A stretch of 64,000 nt of DNA, from the NCBI GenBank assembly GCA_045803545.1, contig JBJMOW010000005.1, positions 32,001 through 96,000 on the forward strand, read 5' to 3'. Below the pieces are notes generated by a model, which ran no database searches, was not told the DNA's origin, and saw nothing but the letters and a program-made list of their open reading frames with translations. Position numbers and translations under genes: made by a program. The DNA comes from Gemmatimonadaceae bacterium (GTDB taxonomy: Bacteria > Gemmatimonadota > Gemmatimonadetes > Gemmatimonadales > Gemmatimonadaceae). Every line of letters starts with the position of its first letter. Position 1 is the stretch's first letter. Shown here piece by piece: positions 30,999-40,965 of the stretch.

Positions 30999-32152
30999 GC
31001 GGCTACACCTTTGCGATCAAACACGCGCAGGATGTTGTAGAACGAATCGCGCTCTGCCGGAGTCTTCCCTGCAGATGTGATCAAGGTGATGATATCGTCG
31101 AGGCTCATGCCCTGCGCAGTGTGGGCTCCTGCTTCGTGATAGATCTTCTCCCGCACGACGGTTCCTTCCAGATCGTTGACTCCGAACGAGAGCGACGTCT
31201 GCGACAGGAAGGTGGTCACCATGATCCAGTGCGACTTGATGTGGTCGAAGTTGTCGAGGAAAAGGCGGCCGACGGCAAGATTGCGTAGATCGTCGTAGCC
31301 GGTCGTGGCTGTTCCCTGCCGTCCGAGCTCGATGCCGAGCTCGTTGTTGTCGGGGTGATACGCGAGCGGGATGTAGGCGAGGAACCCACCGGTCTCGTCC
31401 TGCAGATCACGCAGCATCGTCAGGTGCTCGATGCGATCGTCGACCGACTCGACGTGGCCATACAACATGGTGCAGTTCGAGCGAATGCCGAGCTGATGCG
31501 CGGTGCGATGGACGTTGATCCAATCTTCTCCGGCAAGCTTCTTGTCGGCGATAGTCATGCGCACGCCTTTGCCGAAAACTTCCGCGCCCCCACCTGGGAG
31601 AGTGTCGAGGCCGGAGTCACGAAGCGCGATCAAAACATCTTCGACCGACATTTTGTCGATCCGCGCAATGTGCGCAATCTCGACCGCGGTCAGGGCTTTG
31701 ATGTGGACGTGTGGGTACCGCGACTTGAGTCCGCGGAACATCTCCTGGTAGTACTCGAGACCTGCCTTCATATCGAGACCACCGACGATGTGAAACTCCT
31801 TGGTCAGGCCATTCGAGGCGTTATCCGCTTCGGCGTAAACCTCGTCCATCGTGTAGTGGTACGCGCCTTCCTCCTTAGGGAGTCGCGCAAAGGAGCAGAA
31901 CACGCAGGTTTTTCGCAGGTAGCAGACGTTGGTCGGATTGATGTGCTGATTGGCGGCGAAGGTGACGATGTCGCCGTGCTTCCTGCGATTGGCGTAATCA
32001 GCCAGCATTCCGACGCCCAGTAAGTCTGGCGTCGTGAAAAGAAGGGTTGCGTCAGCGCTAGAGAGGCGCGTTTTCGCCTCGACCTTCTCGCCCACTTTGC
32101 GCAGGGCAGGATCGGAAATCTTTCCGAGGTCCAGCGCGAGCTCGGGGCTCAT
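30995..32152 (-). CDS. mqnE: Aminodeoxyfutalosine synthase (radical SAM)
   Basis: HINPTNVC..CVFCSF, EFHIVGG, TAVEI, TMLYGH, HIKSHW, GTVVREKIYH.AG. Confidence 0.9.
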   Translation of the reverse strand: MSPELALDLGKISDPALRKVGEKVEAKTRLSSADATLLFTTPDLLGVGMLADYANRRKHGDIVTFAANQHINPTNVCYLRKTCVFCSFARLPKEEGAYHYTMDEVYAEADNASNGLTKEFHIVGGLDMKAGLEYYQEMFRGLKSRYPHVHIKALTAVEIAHIARIDKMSVEDVLIALRDSGLDTLPGGGAEVFGKGVRMTIADKKLAGEDWINVHRTAHQLGIRSNCTMLYGHVESVDDRIEHLTMLRDLQDETGGFLAYIPLAYHPDNNELGIELGRQGTATTGYDDLRNLAVGRLFLDNFDHIKSHWIMVTTFLSQTSLSFGVNDLEGTVVREKIYHEAGAHTAQGMSLDDIITLITSAGKTPAERDSFYNILRVFDRKGVAA

Positions 32153-32155
32153 CGC

Positions 32156-33403
32156 TTAGTTCTTGAAGCGGCGAATGGCGAGGGTGGTGTTATGCCCACC
32201 AAAGCCAAAGCTGTTGCTCAAAACGGCGTCGACGTCGCGCTTGACGGCCTTATTCGGGGTGTAGTTAAGCGAGAGGTCGGGGTCGGGATTCTGGTAGTTG
32301 ATCGTCGGAGGAATCGTCGCCTCGTTGACGACCATTGCGGCAACTACCGCTTCGACTGCGCCGGCAGCGCCCAGCATGTGGCCCGTCATTGATTTCGTCG
32401 AGCTGACGTTAACGTCCCTGGCTGCATCGCCAAATACCGCCTGAATCGCCCGCGTCTCATTGAGATCGTTGGCGGGGGTCGACGTGCCGTGGGCGTTGAT
32501 GTACTGGATGTCCTTCGGCTCCAGGCTCGCGTCCTTGAGAGCGCGCTTCATAGCTCGCTGAGCGCCTTCGCCATCCGGCGCTGGCGCGGTGAGATGATAC
32601 GCATCGCCAGTGGCGCCGTAGCCCACGATCTCCGCATAGATCCTGGCGCCACGTTTGAGGGCGTGCTCCAACTCTTCGAGGATGAGAATTCCGGCGCCTT
32701 CTCCCATCACGAATCCATCGCGCGTTGCGTCGAAGGGGCGGGACGCAGTCGCCGGCGAATCATTTCGCTCCGACAGAGCTTTCATATTTGCAAATCCACC
32801 GATTGCCATCGGCGTTACGGTGGCTTCAGCGCCGCCCGTAATCATGATGTCCGCATCGCCATACTGGATGGTGCGGAACGCATCACCTATTGCATGAGCA
32901 CTGGTCGCGCAAGCTGATACAGTCGCGTAATTTGGCCCTTTCGCGTTGAAGCGCATGGACACAATACCGGCGGCGATGTCAGCGATGAACATCGGGATGA
33001 AGAACGGCGAGATTTTGCCGACCCCACGCTCGCGATAGACGTCGTGCTGTTCTTCAAAACTCTTTAAACCGCCAATGCCGCTGCCGATAATCACCCCGAT
33101 GCGATCGGGGTCAATTCCATTGGTGCCGTTGGCAAAGCCGGCGTCTTCCATACCCTGACGAGCGGCTGCGACCGCGTACTGGGTGTAGGCGTCCGCTCGC
33201 TTCGCTTCCTTTCGATCCATGAAATTGAGCGGATCGAAATCCTTCACTTCGGCGGCAAAGCGAACCGGAAAGTTCGAAGCATCGAACTTCGTGATTGGGG
33301 CAGTACCCGACTTCCCTTCGATCAGGGACCGCCAGGTCGTCGCCACATCGTTGCCGACAGGGGTTATCGCTCCCATGCCGGTGACGACGACTCTCCGCTT
33401 CAT
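32156..33403 (-). CDS. fabF: 3-oxoacyl-ACP synthase II
   Basis: RRVVVTG, SACAT, NAHGTST, KSMTGH, SNSFGFGGHN. Confidence 0.97.
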   Translation of the reverse strand: MKRRVVVTGMGAITPVGNDVATTWRSLIEGKSGTAPITKFDASNFPVRFAAEVKDFDPLNFMDRKEAKRADAYTQYAVAAARQGMEDAGFANGTNGIDPDRIGVIIGSGIGGLKSFEEQHDVYRERGVGKISPFFIPMFIADIAAGIVSMRFNAKGPNYATVSACATSAHAIGDAFRTIQYGDADIMITGGAEATVTPMAIGGFANMKALSERNDSPATASRPFDATRDGFVMGEGAGILILEELEHALKRGARIYAEIVGYGATGDAYHLTAPAPDGEGAQRAMKRALKDASLEPKDIQYINAHGTSTPANDLNETRAIQAVFGDAARDVNVSSTKSMTGHMLGAAGAVEAVVAAMVVNEATIPPTINYQNPDPDLSLNYTPNKAVKRDVDAVLSNSFGFGGHNTTLAIRRFKN

Positions 33404-33642
33404 TACGCTCCGACCTTCTGGTTGAGATAACCGAGCGCATCGCCGACCGTGCGAAGCTTCTCTGCGTCCTCATCGGGGATGTCGATGTTGAATTCTTTCT
33501 CGAACTCCATCACGAGCTCGACGATATCCAGGCTGTCAGCACCGAGATCTTCGATGAAGCTCGCCTCGTTCGTAAGCTTTTCCCGCTCCACACCGAGCTC
33601 TTTCTCGATGATGTCTTTGACCTTGTCTGAATTGTCGGCCAT
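33403..33642 (-). CDS. acpP: Acyl carrier protein
   Basis: DLGADSLD phosphopantetheine site; acidic 79 aa. Confidence 0.98.
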   Translation of the reverse strand: MADNSDKVKDIIEKELGVEREKLTNEASFIEDLGADSLDIVELVMEFEKEFNIDIPDEDAEKLRTVGDALGYLNQKVGA

Positions 33643-33678
33643 TTGATGGATTTCCTCGCGTTTAAGGGAATTCTCTGA

Positions 33679-33706
33679 AATATACCTAAGCTACTGTACT
33701 GTACAA
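33679..33706 (-). promoter_or_regulatory. Putative sigma70 promoter of acpP-fabF
   Basis: Minus strand TTGTAC-16 nt-TATATT in an AT-rich patch upstream of the acpP SD (GAGG). Confidence 0.55.
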
Positions 33707-33715
33707 AGTTACAAT

Positions 33716-33869
33716 GAGGACTGAGGCCCGAGGACTAACGGCATCGATCACCGAGGATTAAGTGAGGATTGCCGACAATCGCGGACTTAAAGTGCCGGAT
33801 CCTCAATTGTCCTCGATCATCGCTTAGTCAGCGATCGTAGATGCACTTAGTCCTTGGCCCTCCGTCCTC
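33716..33869. repeat. Long imperfect intergenic palindrome built from GAGGA(C/T)T units
   Basis: 33716-33738 vs 33847-33869 match at 20/23 positions as inverted repeats; inner GAGGATT../..ATCCTC arms also pair. Confidence 0.65.
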
Positions 33870-33884
33870 CCCCTTCGCTCAGTC

Positions 33885-34622
33885 CTACATAACAAGCCCA
33901 CCGTCGACAATGAAAACCTGCCCCGTGATGTACGACGCCAAATCCGAGGCAAGAAATGCCACCATTGCCGCAACATCGTTGACAGTACCGAGTCTTTCGA
34001 GTGCAATCTGTTTGCCGAGCGCCTCGCGGGCCTCGGGCGTCATTGCGGCGGTCATTTCGGTCTCGATGAATCCGGGCGCGACGGCGTTCACAAGGATGTT
34101 TCGTGAGCCGAGCTCCTTTGCCACGGTCTTGGTGAGGGCGATAAGGCCGGCCTTGCTGGCGGCGTAGTTCGCCTGCCCTTTGTTGCCGATCAAGCCGACG
34201 ATGCTGGCGACGTTGACGATCCGGCCGTTGCGTTTCTTCATCATTCCACGCGAGACAGCACGAATCGTCGCAAATGCGCCGCGCAGATTTGCGTTTTGAA
34301 CTATGTCCCAGTCCTCGTCCTTCAAGCGCATGACGAGGTTGTCGCGGGTGATCCCTGCGTTGTTCACCAGGATGTCGATTCCACCGAAAGCCTTCTCGAC
34401 TTCGTCGACAAGTCTGGCGACGGCCGCGGTATCGGTGACATCCGCCGCAAATCCTTTGGCGCCATTTCCGATTGCGGCAGCTGCCTCCTCAGCACGTTGC
34501 TGATCGCGTCCGACAACGGCTACGCGCGCGCCGGATTTCGCGAAACCTTCCGCGATCGCGCGGCCAATGCCGCGAGTGCTGCCCGTGACCAGCGCGTTCT
34601 TGCCACTCAGATCGATGTTCAT
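33885..34622 (-). CDS. fabG: 3-oxoacyl-ACP reductase
   Basis: TGSTRGIG, NNAGITRD, GQANYAASK, APGFIET; ATG 34622. Confidence 0.96.
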   Translation of the reverse strand: MNIDLSGKNALVTGSTRGIGRAIAEGFAKSGARVAVVGRDQQRAEEAAAAIGNGAKGFAADVTDTAAVARLVDEVEKAFGGIDILVNNAGITRDNLVMRLKDEDWDIVQNANLRGAFATIRAVSRGMMKKRNGRIVNVASIVGLIGNKGQANYAASKAGLIALTKTVAKELGSRNILVNAVAPGFIETEMTAAMTPEAREALGKQIALERLGTVNDVAAMVAFLASDLASYITGQVFIVDGGLVM

Positions 34623-35560
34623 CAGGCGACCATTTGCAGGAGTTTCTCGACCTCGGCGACGGTGCCACAAGCGAACGTCTTCGCACCTTTCACCAGTCTT
34701 CCCATCAGCCCGGTGAGCACGCTACCCGGGCCCATCTCTACGTAGAGCGCATCAGGAAAATGGGTGGCGATGTTCCGTATTTCCGTTGACCATCGAACCG
34801 GGGATGTGAGCTGTCGAAGCAAAAGGTCCTTGGCACCAGTGACCGTCGTGTTCGCGTCGGCAGTTACGTTCGAGAACACCGGGAACACCGGCTCCATGAA
34901 CGCGGAGGTCGCTATGGCGTCGGTGAGCCCGACTACCGCAGGCTCCATTAGCGGCGAGTGAAAAGCACCGCTCACCGGTAACCTGATAGCGCGCTTCGCA
35001 CCTGATTCCTTAGCGATTTCCATCGCCCGCTCGACGCCGGCGATTTCGCCCGAGATGACGATTTGCTCATCGGTGTTGAAATTGGCGGGAACGACAAGTC
35101 CTGCTTCCCTCGACGCGCGATCGCAGATCTCTTCCACCGGGACGCTGGTGGTGCCGAGGATCGCCGCCATCGTACCAGGTCGCGCGGTACCGGTCTCGTA
35201 CATCAATTCTCCCCGCCGCCGGACTAGCTTCGCCGCGCCAGGGAGGCTAACGGAATCTGCAGCGTGATACGCGGTGAACTCGCCAAGCGAATGCCCCGCC
35301 GCAGCCCGCACGTGCGGAAAAACAGTGTCATGGACCAGAGCCCATATGGCCGCTCCATGCGCGAACAGAGCCGGCTGCGCGTTACGCGTCGCGGTTAGCT
35401 CGTCGGCCGGACCTTCAAAGCAAAGCTTGCTGAGATTTGCGCCGAGCGCTGCATCAACTTCGCCGAAGACGGCTTTCGCGATCGGAAAGGTTTCAGCGAG
35501 ATCCTTGCCCATTCCCGGCTTCTGGGAGCCCTGACCGGGAAAGAGTAGAACGATGTCCAC
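34622..35560 (-). CDS. fabD: Malonyl-CoA:ACP transacylase
   Basis: FPGQGSQ, GHSLGE, VSGAFHS, SPVRW. Confidence 0.96.
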   Translation of the reverse strand: MDIVLLFPGQGSQKPGMGKDLAETFPIAKAVFGEVDAALGANLSKLCFEGPADELTATRNAQPALFAHGAAIWALVHDTVFPHVRAAAGHSLGEFTAYHAADSVSLPGAAKLVRRRGELMYETGTARPGTMAAILGTTSVPVEEICDRASREAGLVVPANFNTDEQIVISGEIAGVERAMEIAKESGAKRAIRLPVSGAFHSPLMEPAVVGLTDAIATSAFMEPVFPVFSNVTADANTTVTGAKDLLLRQLTSPVRWSTEIRNIATHFPDALYVEMGPGSVLTGLMGRLVKGAKTFACGTVAEVEKLLQMVA

Positions 35561-35563
35561 CGC

Positions 35564-36556
35564 TTAGAAGCGGATGACCATCGACGCCCAGGTGAATCCG
35601 GCGCCGAATGCGACCATCATCACAGTTGTTCCATCCTTGATTCGTCCCGACTCGATGGCCTCATCGAGTGCAATTGGAATCGACGCTGACGATGTGTTGC
35701 CATACTTATCGACGTTCACGTAGACCTTATCCATCGAGATGCCGGCGTGTTTGGCAGTCGCTTCGATGATGCGGACATTGGCCTGGTGCGGGATCAACAA
35801 GTCGATGTCGGAACCAGTGAGCTTCGCTCCATCTAGAGCGCGATCAGCGGCATCCGCCATCGAGCGGACCGCGTGCTTGAAGACTTCCCGACCCGCCATC
35901 TTCACTAAATGCGAACGCTTCTCCAGGACCTCTGCTGACATCGGCACAGTTGCTCCGCCTTCTGGCCGGTACAGCAAATCGGCGAGCTTGCCATCGCTCC
36001 GCATATATGAGGAAAGGATTCCCTTCCCCTGGTGACGGGTGCGCTTGAGTACGGCGGCGCCGGCACCATCGCCGAATAACACGCAGGTAGAGCGATCCTT
36101 CCAGTCGACGATCGCACTCATCTTCTCGGAGCCGATAACAAGAACCGTCTCTGCGGTGCCGGCCATGATCAGGCCTTCAGCGGTGCTCATTGCGTAGAGC
36201 CAGCCCGCGCATGCGGCGCCGATATCGAACGCCGCCGCACGCGTTGCACCGAGCTCGGCCTGGATGTCGACGGCCGTCGAAGGGAGCAGTCTATCAGGTG
36301 TCGCGGTGCTCAACACTATGACGTCGATCTCGCCGGCATGAACTCCTGCCTTATGCATCGCGACCTTTGACGCATCGGCGGCCATCGAGCACGTCGTCTC
36401 GCCGTTGCGAGCGAGTCTTCGCTCAACGATGCCGCTACGCTCGAAGATCCATTCGTGCGACGTCTCAATGCCAATCGACGAGAAGTCGTGATTGGTCATC
36501 ACGTGCTGCGGCAGACCGCGACCTGTTCCCACGACCGCTGCTATAGGTCTCTTCAT
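35564..36556 (-). CDS. fabH: 3-oxoacyl-ACP synthase III
   Basis: AACAG, LFGDGAGA, PHQAN, YGNTSSAS, FGAGFTW. Confidence 0.96.
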   Translation of the reverse strand: MKRPIAAVVGTGRGLPQHVMTNHDFSSIGIETSHEWIFERSGIVERRLARNGETTCSMAADASKVAMHKAGVHAGEIDVIVLSTATPDRLLPSTAVDIQAELGATRAAAFDIGAACAGWLYAMSTAEGLIMAGTAETVLVIGSEKMSAIVDWKDRSTCVLFGDGAGAAVLKRTRHQGKGILSSYMRSDGKLADLLYRPEGGATVPMSAEVLEKRSHLVKMAGREVFKHAVRSMADAADRALDGAKLTGSDIDLLIPHQANVRIIEATAKHAGISMDKVYVNVDKYGNTSSASIPIALDEAIESGRIKDGTTVMMVAFGAGFTWASMVIRF

Positions 36557-37593
36557 GCAGATTCCGCGACCGCATTGATCAGCGGCTCGGCGGCCTCGAG
36601 TTTCCGTCCGATTTGGTCATTCATATGAGTCTCGACAGCACGAACGGCGCCCTTGATTGCATTCTTGATTGCACGTGGCGGTGAATTGCCGTGACAGATG
36701 ATGCTGACGCCGCGACAGCCGAGCAGCGGGGCGCCCCCGTACGCAGTCGAGTCGAATCCTTTGAGCGCCTCCTTGATGTGCTCCGCATCGAGGTCGGGAT
36801 GTTCACTCAGGACGCGCACCATCAACGGCGCCACGGCTTCATAGAACTTGAGCACGACGTTGCCGACGAAACCGTCGCACACCACGACGTCGAAAGTGCC
36901 GCGATCACTCGCGCCGGCCGGCAGATCGCGACCCTCGAGATTCCCATGAAAATTGAATCCGGCCTTCTGGAAGAGTGCATTTGCTTCCTTGACCACCGCG
37001 TTGCCCTTCTCAGGCTCCTCACCGATCGAGAGCAGACCGATCGACGGATTGTCCCGCCCGAGCACACACTCCGCGTAAACCGCGCCGAGCCAGGCGAACT
37101 GGAGCAGCTCCTTGCTGGAGCAATCGACGTTGGCGCCGGAATCGATCACGATCACCGGATTGCGTGCCGTTGGAAAAACCGTTGCAATACCCGGGCGCGT
37201 CAGTCCGGGCTGCAGCTTGAGCAGCATCGCGGACGAGGCCATTTGGGCGCCGGTGTTGCCGGCTGACACAAACGCGTCGGACTTGCCATCGACCTGGAGA
37301 CGAAGGCCGACAATCATGGAGCTGTTTGGCTTCTTGCGGAGGCCGGCCGTTGGCTTCTCGTTCATCTCGATGACGTCGGGTGCTTCGACGATCTCGATGT
37401 GCGGCCGCGACGATGCCGCGGCGGCCAATTCTTCGGAAAGGATTCTGTCGAGCTGCGCTTCGATTACCGAGGTTCGGCCAACAAGCTGGACTACGTGCGC
37501 GCCGTCCAGCTCCTGGAGGGCCAATAATGCGCCGGCGATTGTTGCCTTGGGAGCGAAGTCTCCGCCCATCGCATCCAATGCAATCCGCGCCAA
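36553..37593 (-). CDS. plsX: Phosphate acyltransferase PlsX
   Basis: IALDAMGGD.AP, SAGNTGA, CDGFVGN, YGGAPLLG..HG. Confidence 0.96.
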   Translation of the reverse strand: MARIALDAMGGDFAPKATIAGALLALQELDGAHVVQLVGRTSVIEAQLDRILSEELAAAASSRPHIEIVEAPDVIEMNEKPTAGLRKKPNSSMIVGLRLQVDGKSDAFVSAGNTGAQMASSAMLLKLQPGLTRPGIATVFPTARNPVIVIDSGANVDCSSKELLQFAWLGAVYAECVLGRDNPSIGLLSIGEEPEKGNAVVKEANALFQKAGFNFHGNLEGRDLPAGASDRGTFDVVVCDGFVGNVVLKFYEAVAPLMVRVLSEHPDLDAEHIKEALKGFDSTAYGGAPLLGCRGVSIICHGNSPPRAIKNAIKGAVRAVETHMNDQIGRKLEAAEPLINAVAESA

Positions 37594-37594
37594 C

Positions 37595-37777
37595 CTATGC
37601 TTCCTTTGGCTCTACTCGCTGCTCGCCTGCATAGTACCCGCACTCCTCGCAGACATGATGCGGACGCTTCATTGCCTGGCAGCGGGGACACTTCTGGATG
37701 ACGATAGCGGGCGCGATTTTGTGGGTGTTGCGGGCGCGCTTCTTCCGCTTGGAGGTGCGTCGTTTTGGTACGGCCAT
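37595..37777 (-). CDS. rpmF: 50S ribosomal protein L32 (Zn-ribbon form)
   Basis: MAVPKRRTSK, CPRC...CEECGYY. Confidence 0.97.
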   Translation of the reverse strand: MAVPKRRTSKRKKRARNTHKIAPAIVIQKCPRCQAMKRPHHVCEECGYYAGEQRVEPKEA

Positions 37778-37806
37778 CTTTCCGGTTCCTTAGGTTATTT
37801 GACGAG

Positions 37807-38319
37807 CTAGTGCGTTTCGCTCTGCTGTTTGCGCAACGCATCCCAGCGCGGATCAGACTTTGATGTCGTGCAGTTACACGTACTCTCGTTCAGATTGGTG
37901 CCGCAGGTCGGACACAGACCTTTGCAATCCTCACTGCATTGGACGTACATCGGAGCTGCGAGCAACCACGTCTCCCTAATCGCCGGACGCAGATCGATCA
38001 TACGCGCGTTCGGGTCATAGAGAAACACTTCGGGGTCGTCCGCTTCTTCGGCGCCGATACCAGCGAGGAGGAAATGCGCTTCCTCGTCGACGTCGACTTC
38101 TACTTCCTCGAGACAGAGACGACAAGGCAGTACGACACTGCTTTCCAACCGTCCGCTGAAATAGAACCTTCCCTCGCTCGCCGAGGAGAGTCGACCCTTG
38201 ACGTGGATCGGCTTGGCTGGACGGGTATCCCCCTTTTCCCAGACAGGGTCGTCCGGCCCGACTGAGCCGTCGACCTGCGCGGCTTTCGTCTCCAGCGAGC
38301 GTATGTCAAACGACAGCAT
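37807..38319 (-). CDS. DUF177/YceD family protein
   Basis: CRLCL, C..DCKGLCPTCG.NLN, DPRWDAL; upstream of rpmF. Confidence 0.92.
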   Translation of the reverse strand: MLSFDIRSLETKAAQVDGSVGPDDPVWEKGDTRPAKPIHVKGRLSSASEGRFYFSGRLESSVVLPCRLCLEEVEVDVDEEAHFLLAGIGAEEADDPEVFLYDPNARMIDLRPAIRETWLLAAPMYVQCSEDCKGLCPTCGTNLNESTCNCTTSKSDPRWDALRKQQSETH

Positions 38320-38376
38320 AAGCCCTTAAAAATAGCGGGCTTAGGGGAGTGATTCCAGTGTCCTGCCGGAAAGAAA

Positions 38377-38478
38377 GTGCGCTGGCAGCTGGGGGCTTTC
38401 AGCCGGCGGCTGGCGGCGATTGACAAAGGTTGCCCAGGCGCCGAGCAGCCGGCTGACAGCCGCGAGCAGCCAGCGCAC
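38377..38478. repeat. ~100-bp GC-rich intergenic hairpin with GCTGGC-type heptamers downstream of ndk
   Basis: GTGCGCTGGCAGCT/AGCAGCCAGCGCAC (13/14) and GGCTTTCAGCCGGC/GCCGGCTGACAGCC (13/14) inverted arms. Confidence 0.65.
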
Positions 38479-38488
38479 CTGGTTGTTG

Positions 38489-38908
38489 TTAAACCAAGTC
38501 CACTTCCGGAAAGAAGAATTTCGCTTCTCTCTCCGCATTCTCATCCGAATCCGATGCGTGAATCGCGTTCCGCTCCTTCGACTCGGCGTACAGCTTCCGA
38601 ACGGTTCCTGCGTCCGCCTCGGCCGGATCGGTAGCGCCGATCACTTTGCGGAGAGTCGCGACGGCGTCGGCGCGCTCGAGTACCATCGGCATCGACTTGC
38701 CGGAGGTCATAAAACGGACGAGCGGAGCGAAAAAAGGACGCTCGCGATGGACGGCATAGAACGCCTGAGCCTGTGCTTCTGACAGGCGCATCACCCGAGC
38801 TGCGATGACCTTGAAGCCGGCCTTTTCCAGATGTGCGACGACGAGCCCAGCTTTTCCGGAGTTGAAAGCGTCGGGCTTGATGATGGTGAGAGTTCGGTTG
38901 CCTGCCAT
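38489..38908 (-). CDS. ndk: Nucleoside diphosphate kinase
   Basis: RTLTIIKPDA, FYAVH..RPFF, NAIHASDS. Confidence 0.97.
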   Translation of the reverse strand: MAGNRTLTIIKPDAFNSGKAGLVVAHLEKAGFKVIAARVMRLSEAQAQAFYAVHRERPFFAPLVRFMTSGKSMPMVLERADAVATLRKVIGATDPAEADAGTVRKLYAESKERNAIHASDSDENAEREAKFFFPEVDLV

Positions 38909-38915
38909 TTATTTC

Positions 38916-39788
38916 CTAGCGCATCGCGCGTTTGAGTAAGTCGACAACGTCCCGCGGCCGCTTGGCAACGCCGACGCCATTTTCTTCGAAGGCCTGCATT
39001 TTTTCAGCGGCAGTGCCCGCCGAACCGGAGATGATCGCACCCGCGTGACCCATCCGCCGGCCAGGCGGCGCGGTTTGTCCGGCAATGAAGCCAACGACCG
39101 GTTTATTCATCTTTTCCTTGACGAAGCGGGCCGCTTCCTGCTCGTCGGTGCCGCCGATCTCGCCGATCATGACCACTGCCTCGGTGTCGGGGTCGCTTTG
39201 AAAAGCGGCAAGGCAGTCGATGAAGTTGGTGCCGTTAATCGGGTCGCCGCCGATGCCAACGCAGGTGGTCTGACCAACGTTCGCTCTGGTCATCTGATAC
39301 ACGACTTCGTATGTCAGCGTGCCGGAGCGACTGACGAGTCCGACATTGCCTGCTTTGCAGATCCGGCCGGGAATGATGCCGACGTTGGATTTGCCCGGCG
39401 AAATCAGCCCCGGACAATTCGGACCGAGCAGTCGCAGCTTTCGCTCTTTGACGAACGGATAGACGCGCGTCATGTCCAGCACCGGAACACCCTCAGTGAT
39501 TGCGACGATGAATGAGATGCCGGCATCGGCTGCCTCCATCATTGCGTCGGCTGCGAACACCGGAGGCACGTAAATCACTGACGTATTGGCGCCGGTTTCC
39601 TTTACCGCCTGCGCGACGGTGTTGAAGATTGGAACTGTACTCTCGAACTTCTGGCCACCCTTACCCGGTGTGACGCCAGCAACGACCTGGGTGCCATACG
39701 CCTTCATCTGCCTGGCGTGGAACGAGCCGTCGCGACCCGTGATTCCCTGGACGACGAGGCGGGTGTGTTTGTCGATGAAGACGCTCAC
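38916..39788 (-). CDS. sucD: Succinate--CoA ligase alpha subunit
   Basis: [36 protein letters not shown]. Confidence 0.97.
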   Translation of the reverse strand: MSVFIDKHTRLVVQGITGRDGSFHARQMKAYGTQVVAGVTPGKGGQKFESTVPIFNTVAQAVKETGANTSVIYVPPVFAADAMMEAADAGISFIVAITEGVPVLDMTRVYPFVKERKLRLLGPNCPGLISPGKSNVGIIPGRICKAGNVGLVSRSGTLTYEVVYQMTRANVGQTTCVGIGGDPINGTNFIDCLAAFQSDPDTEAVVMIGEIGGTDEQEAARFVKEKMNKPVVGFIAGQTAPPGRRMGHAGAIISGSAGTAAEKMQAFEENGVGVAKRPRDVVDLLKRAMR

Positions 39789-40930
39789 GCGGCTTTTCCT
39801 CCCGTGGCCAGCGCGACGGCCTTTTGCACCGCCTCGTCCATGTCGGTCATCGCCGACATTCCGTGCTCATCGAGGATCTTCAAGGCGATCTCTTCATTTG
39901 TGCCGGTCAGCCGAATTACCAGCGGCACCTTCAACGGATTCTGCTGCGTCGCGGTCACGATCCCGTTGGCAACATCGTCGGTGCGGGTGATTCCGCCGAA
40001 GATGTTGAACAGAATTGCTTTCACATTGGGATCGCCGGTGATGATCTTGAGCGCGGCGACGACTTTCTCAGGGTTCGATGATCCACCGATATCGAGGAAG
40101 TTGGCAGGGTCGCCGCCGTAGTATTTGACGAGATCCATCGTCGCCATCGCCAGACCGGCTCCGTTGACGATGCAGCCGACATTGCCATCGAGCTTGATGA
40201 AGGTGAGGCTCGCCTCGCGCGCTTCGACTTCGCTCGGAGCTTCCGCGGATTCATCGCGTAGCGCAGCGATGTCTGGCCGGCGGTCCAGCTCGTTGTCATC
40301 GATCACCATCTTCGCGTCGAGCGCCAGCACCTCACCGTTTGGCGTAGTAACCAGCGGATTGATCTCGGCGAGTGATCCACCATTCTCGATGAAAGCCTTG
40401 TACAGCTGGGTGAGAATGCGGGCGGTAGCTCGAACCTGTTTGAAATCAGAATAAAGGAAGAAGGCGAGCTGCATGGCTTCATACGTCTGCAAGCCATAAC
40501 GCGGATCGATCGGATGTCTGAGCAGCTTCTCCGGCGTCTTGGCAGCAACTTCTTCGATGTCGATACCGCCCGCAGGACTGACGATGAATACTGGCCGCTT
40601 GGTCGCGCGGTCGACAATGATTCCGGCGTAGGCCTCCGTCGCAATGTCTGCCGCGGGAGTGATCAGAACTTTCTGGACCGGCAACCCTTTGATCTTCAGT
40701 TGCAGGATTTGACGCGCGAGACTCCTCGCTTCTTCCGGGGTTCGCGCGAGCTTCACGCCACCGGCTTTGCCGCGTCCGCCAGCGTGTACCTGCGCCTTTA
40801 CTACCACTGTCCCGCCAAATGTCCGGGCGATCAGTTCGGCTTCCTCTGGCGTCGCGGCAACCTCGCCCGGTGGAATGGGAATGCCGTATTTGCGGAAGAT
40901 TTCCTTTGCCTGGTACTCGTGAATGTTCAC
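39785..40930 (-). CDS. sucC: Succinate--CoA ligase beta subunit
   Basis: [40 protein letters not shown]. Confidence 0.97.
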   Translation of the reverse strand: MNIHEYQAKEIFRKYGIPIPPGEVAATPEEAELIARTFGGTVVVKAQVHAGGRGKAGGVKLARTPEEARSLARQILQLKIKGLPVQKVLITPAADIATEAYAGIIVDRATKRPVFIVSPAGGIDIEEVAAKTPEKLLRHPIDPRYGLQTYEAMQLAFFLYSDFKQVRATARILTQLYKAFIENGGSLAEINPLVTTPNGEVLALDAKMVIDDNELDRRPDIAALRDESAEAPSEVEAREASLTFIKLDGNVGCIVNGAGLAMATMDLVKYYGGDPANFLDIGGSSNPEKVVAALKIITGDPNVKAILFNIFGGITRTDDVANGIVTATQQNPLKVPLVIRLTGTNEEIALKILDEHGMSAMTDMDEAVQKAVALATGGKAA

Positions 40931-40965
40931 CCGTTCTCCAATTTCTCGTGATTCATCAGGCGGAA

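Noticed and set aside
33716..33890. Intergenic repeats (also 38.4 and 60.7 kb) as CRISPR arrays
   Set aside because: No identical direct repeats separated by unique spacers and no cas genes
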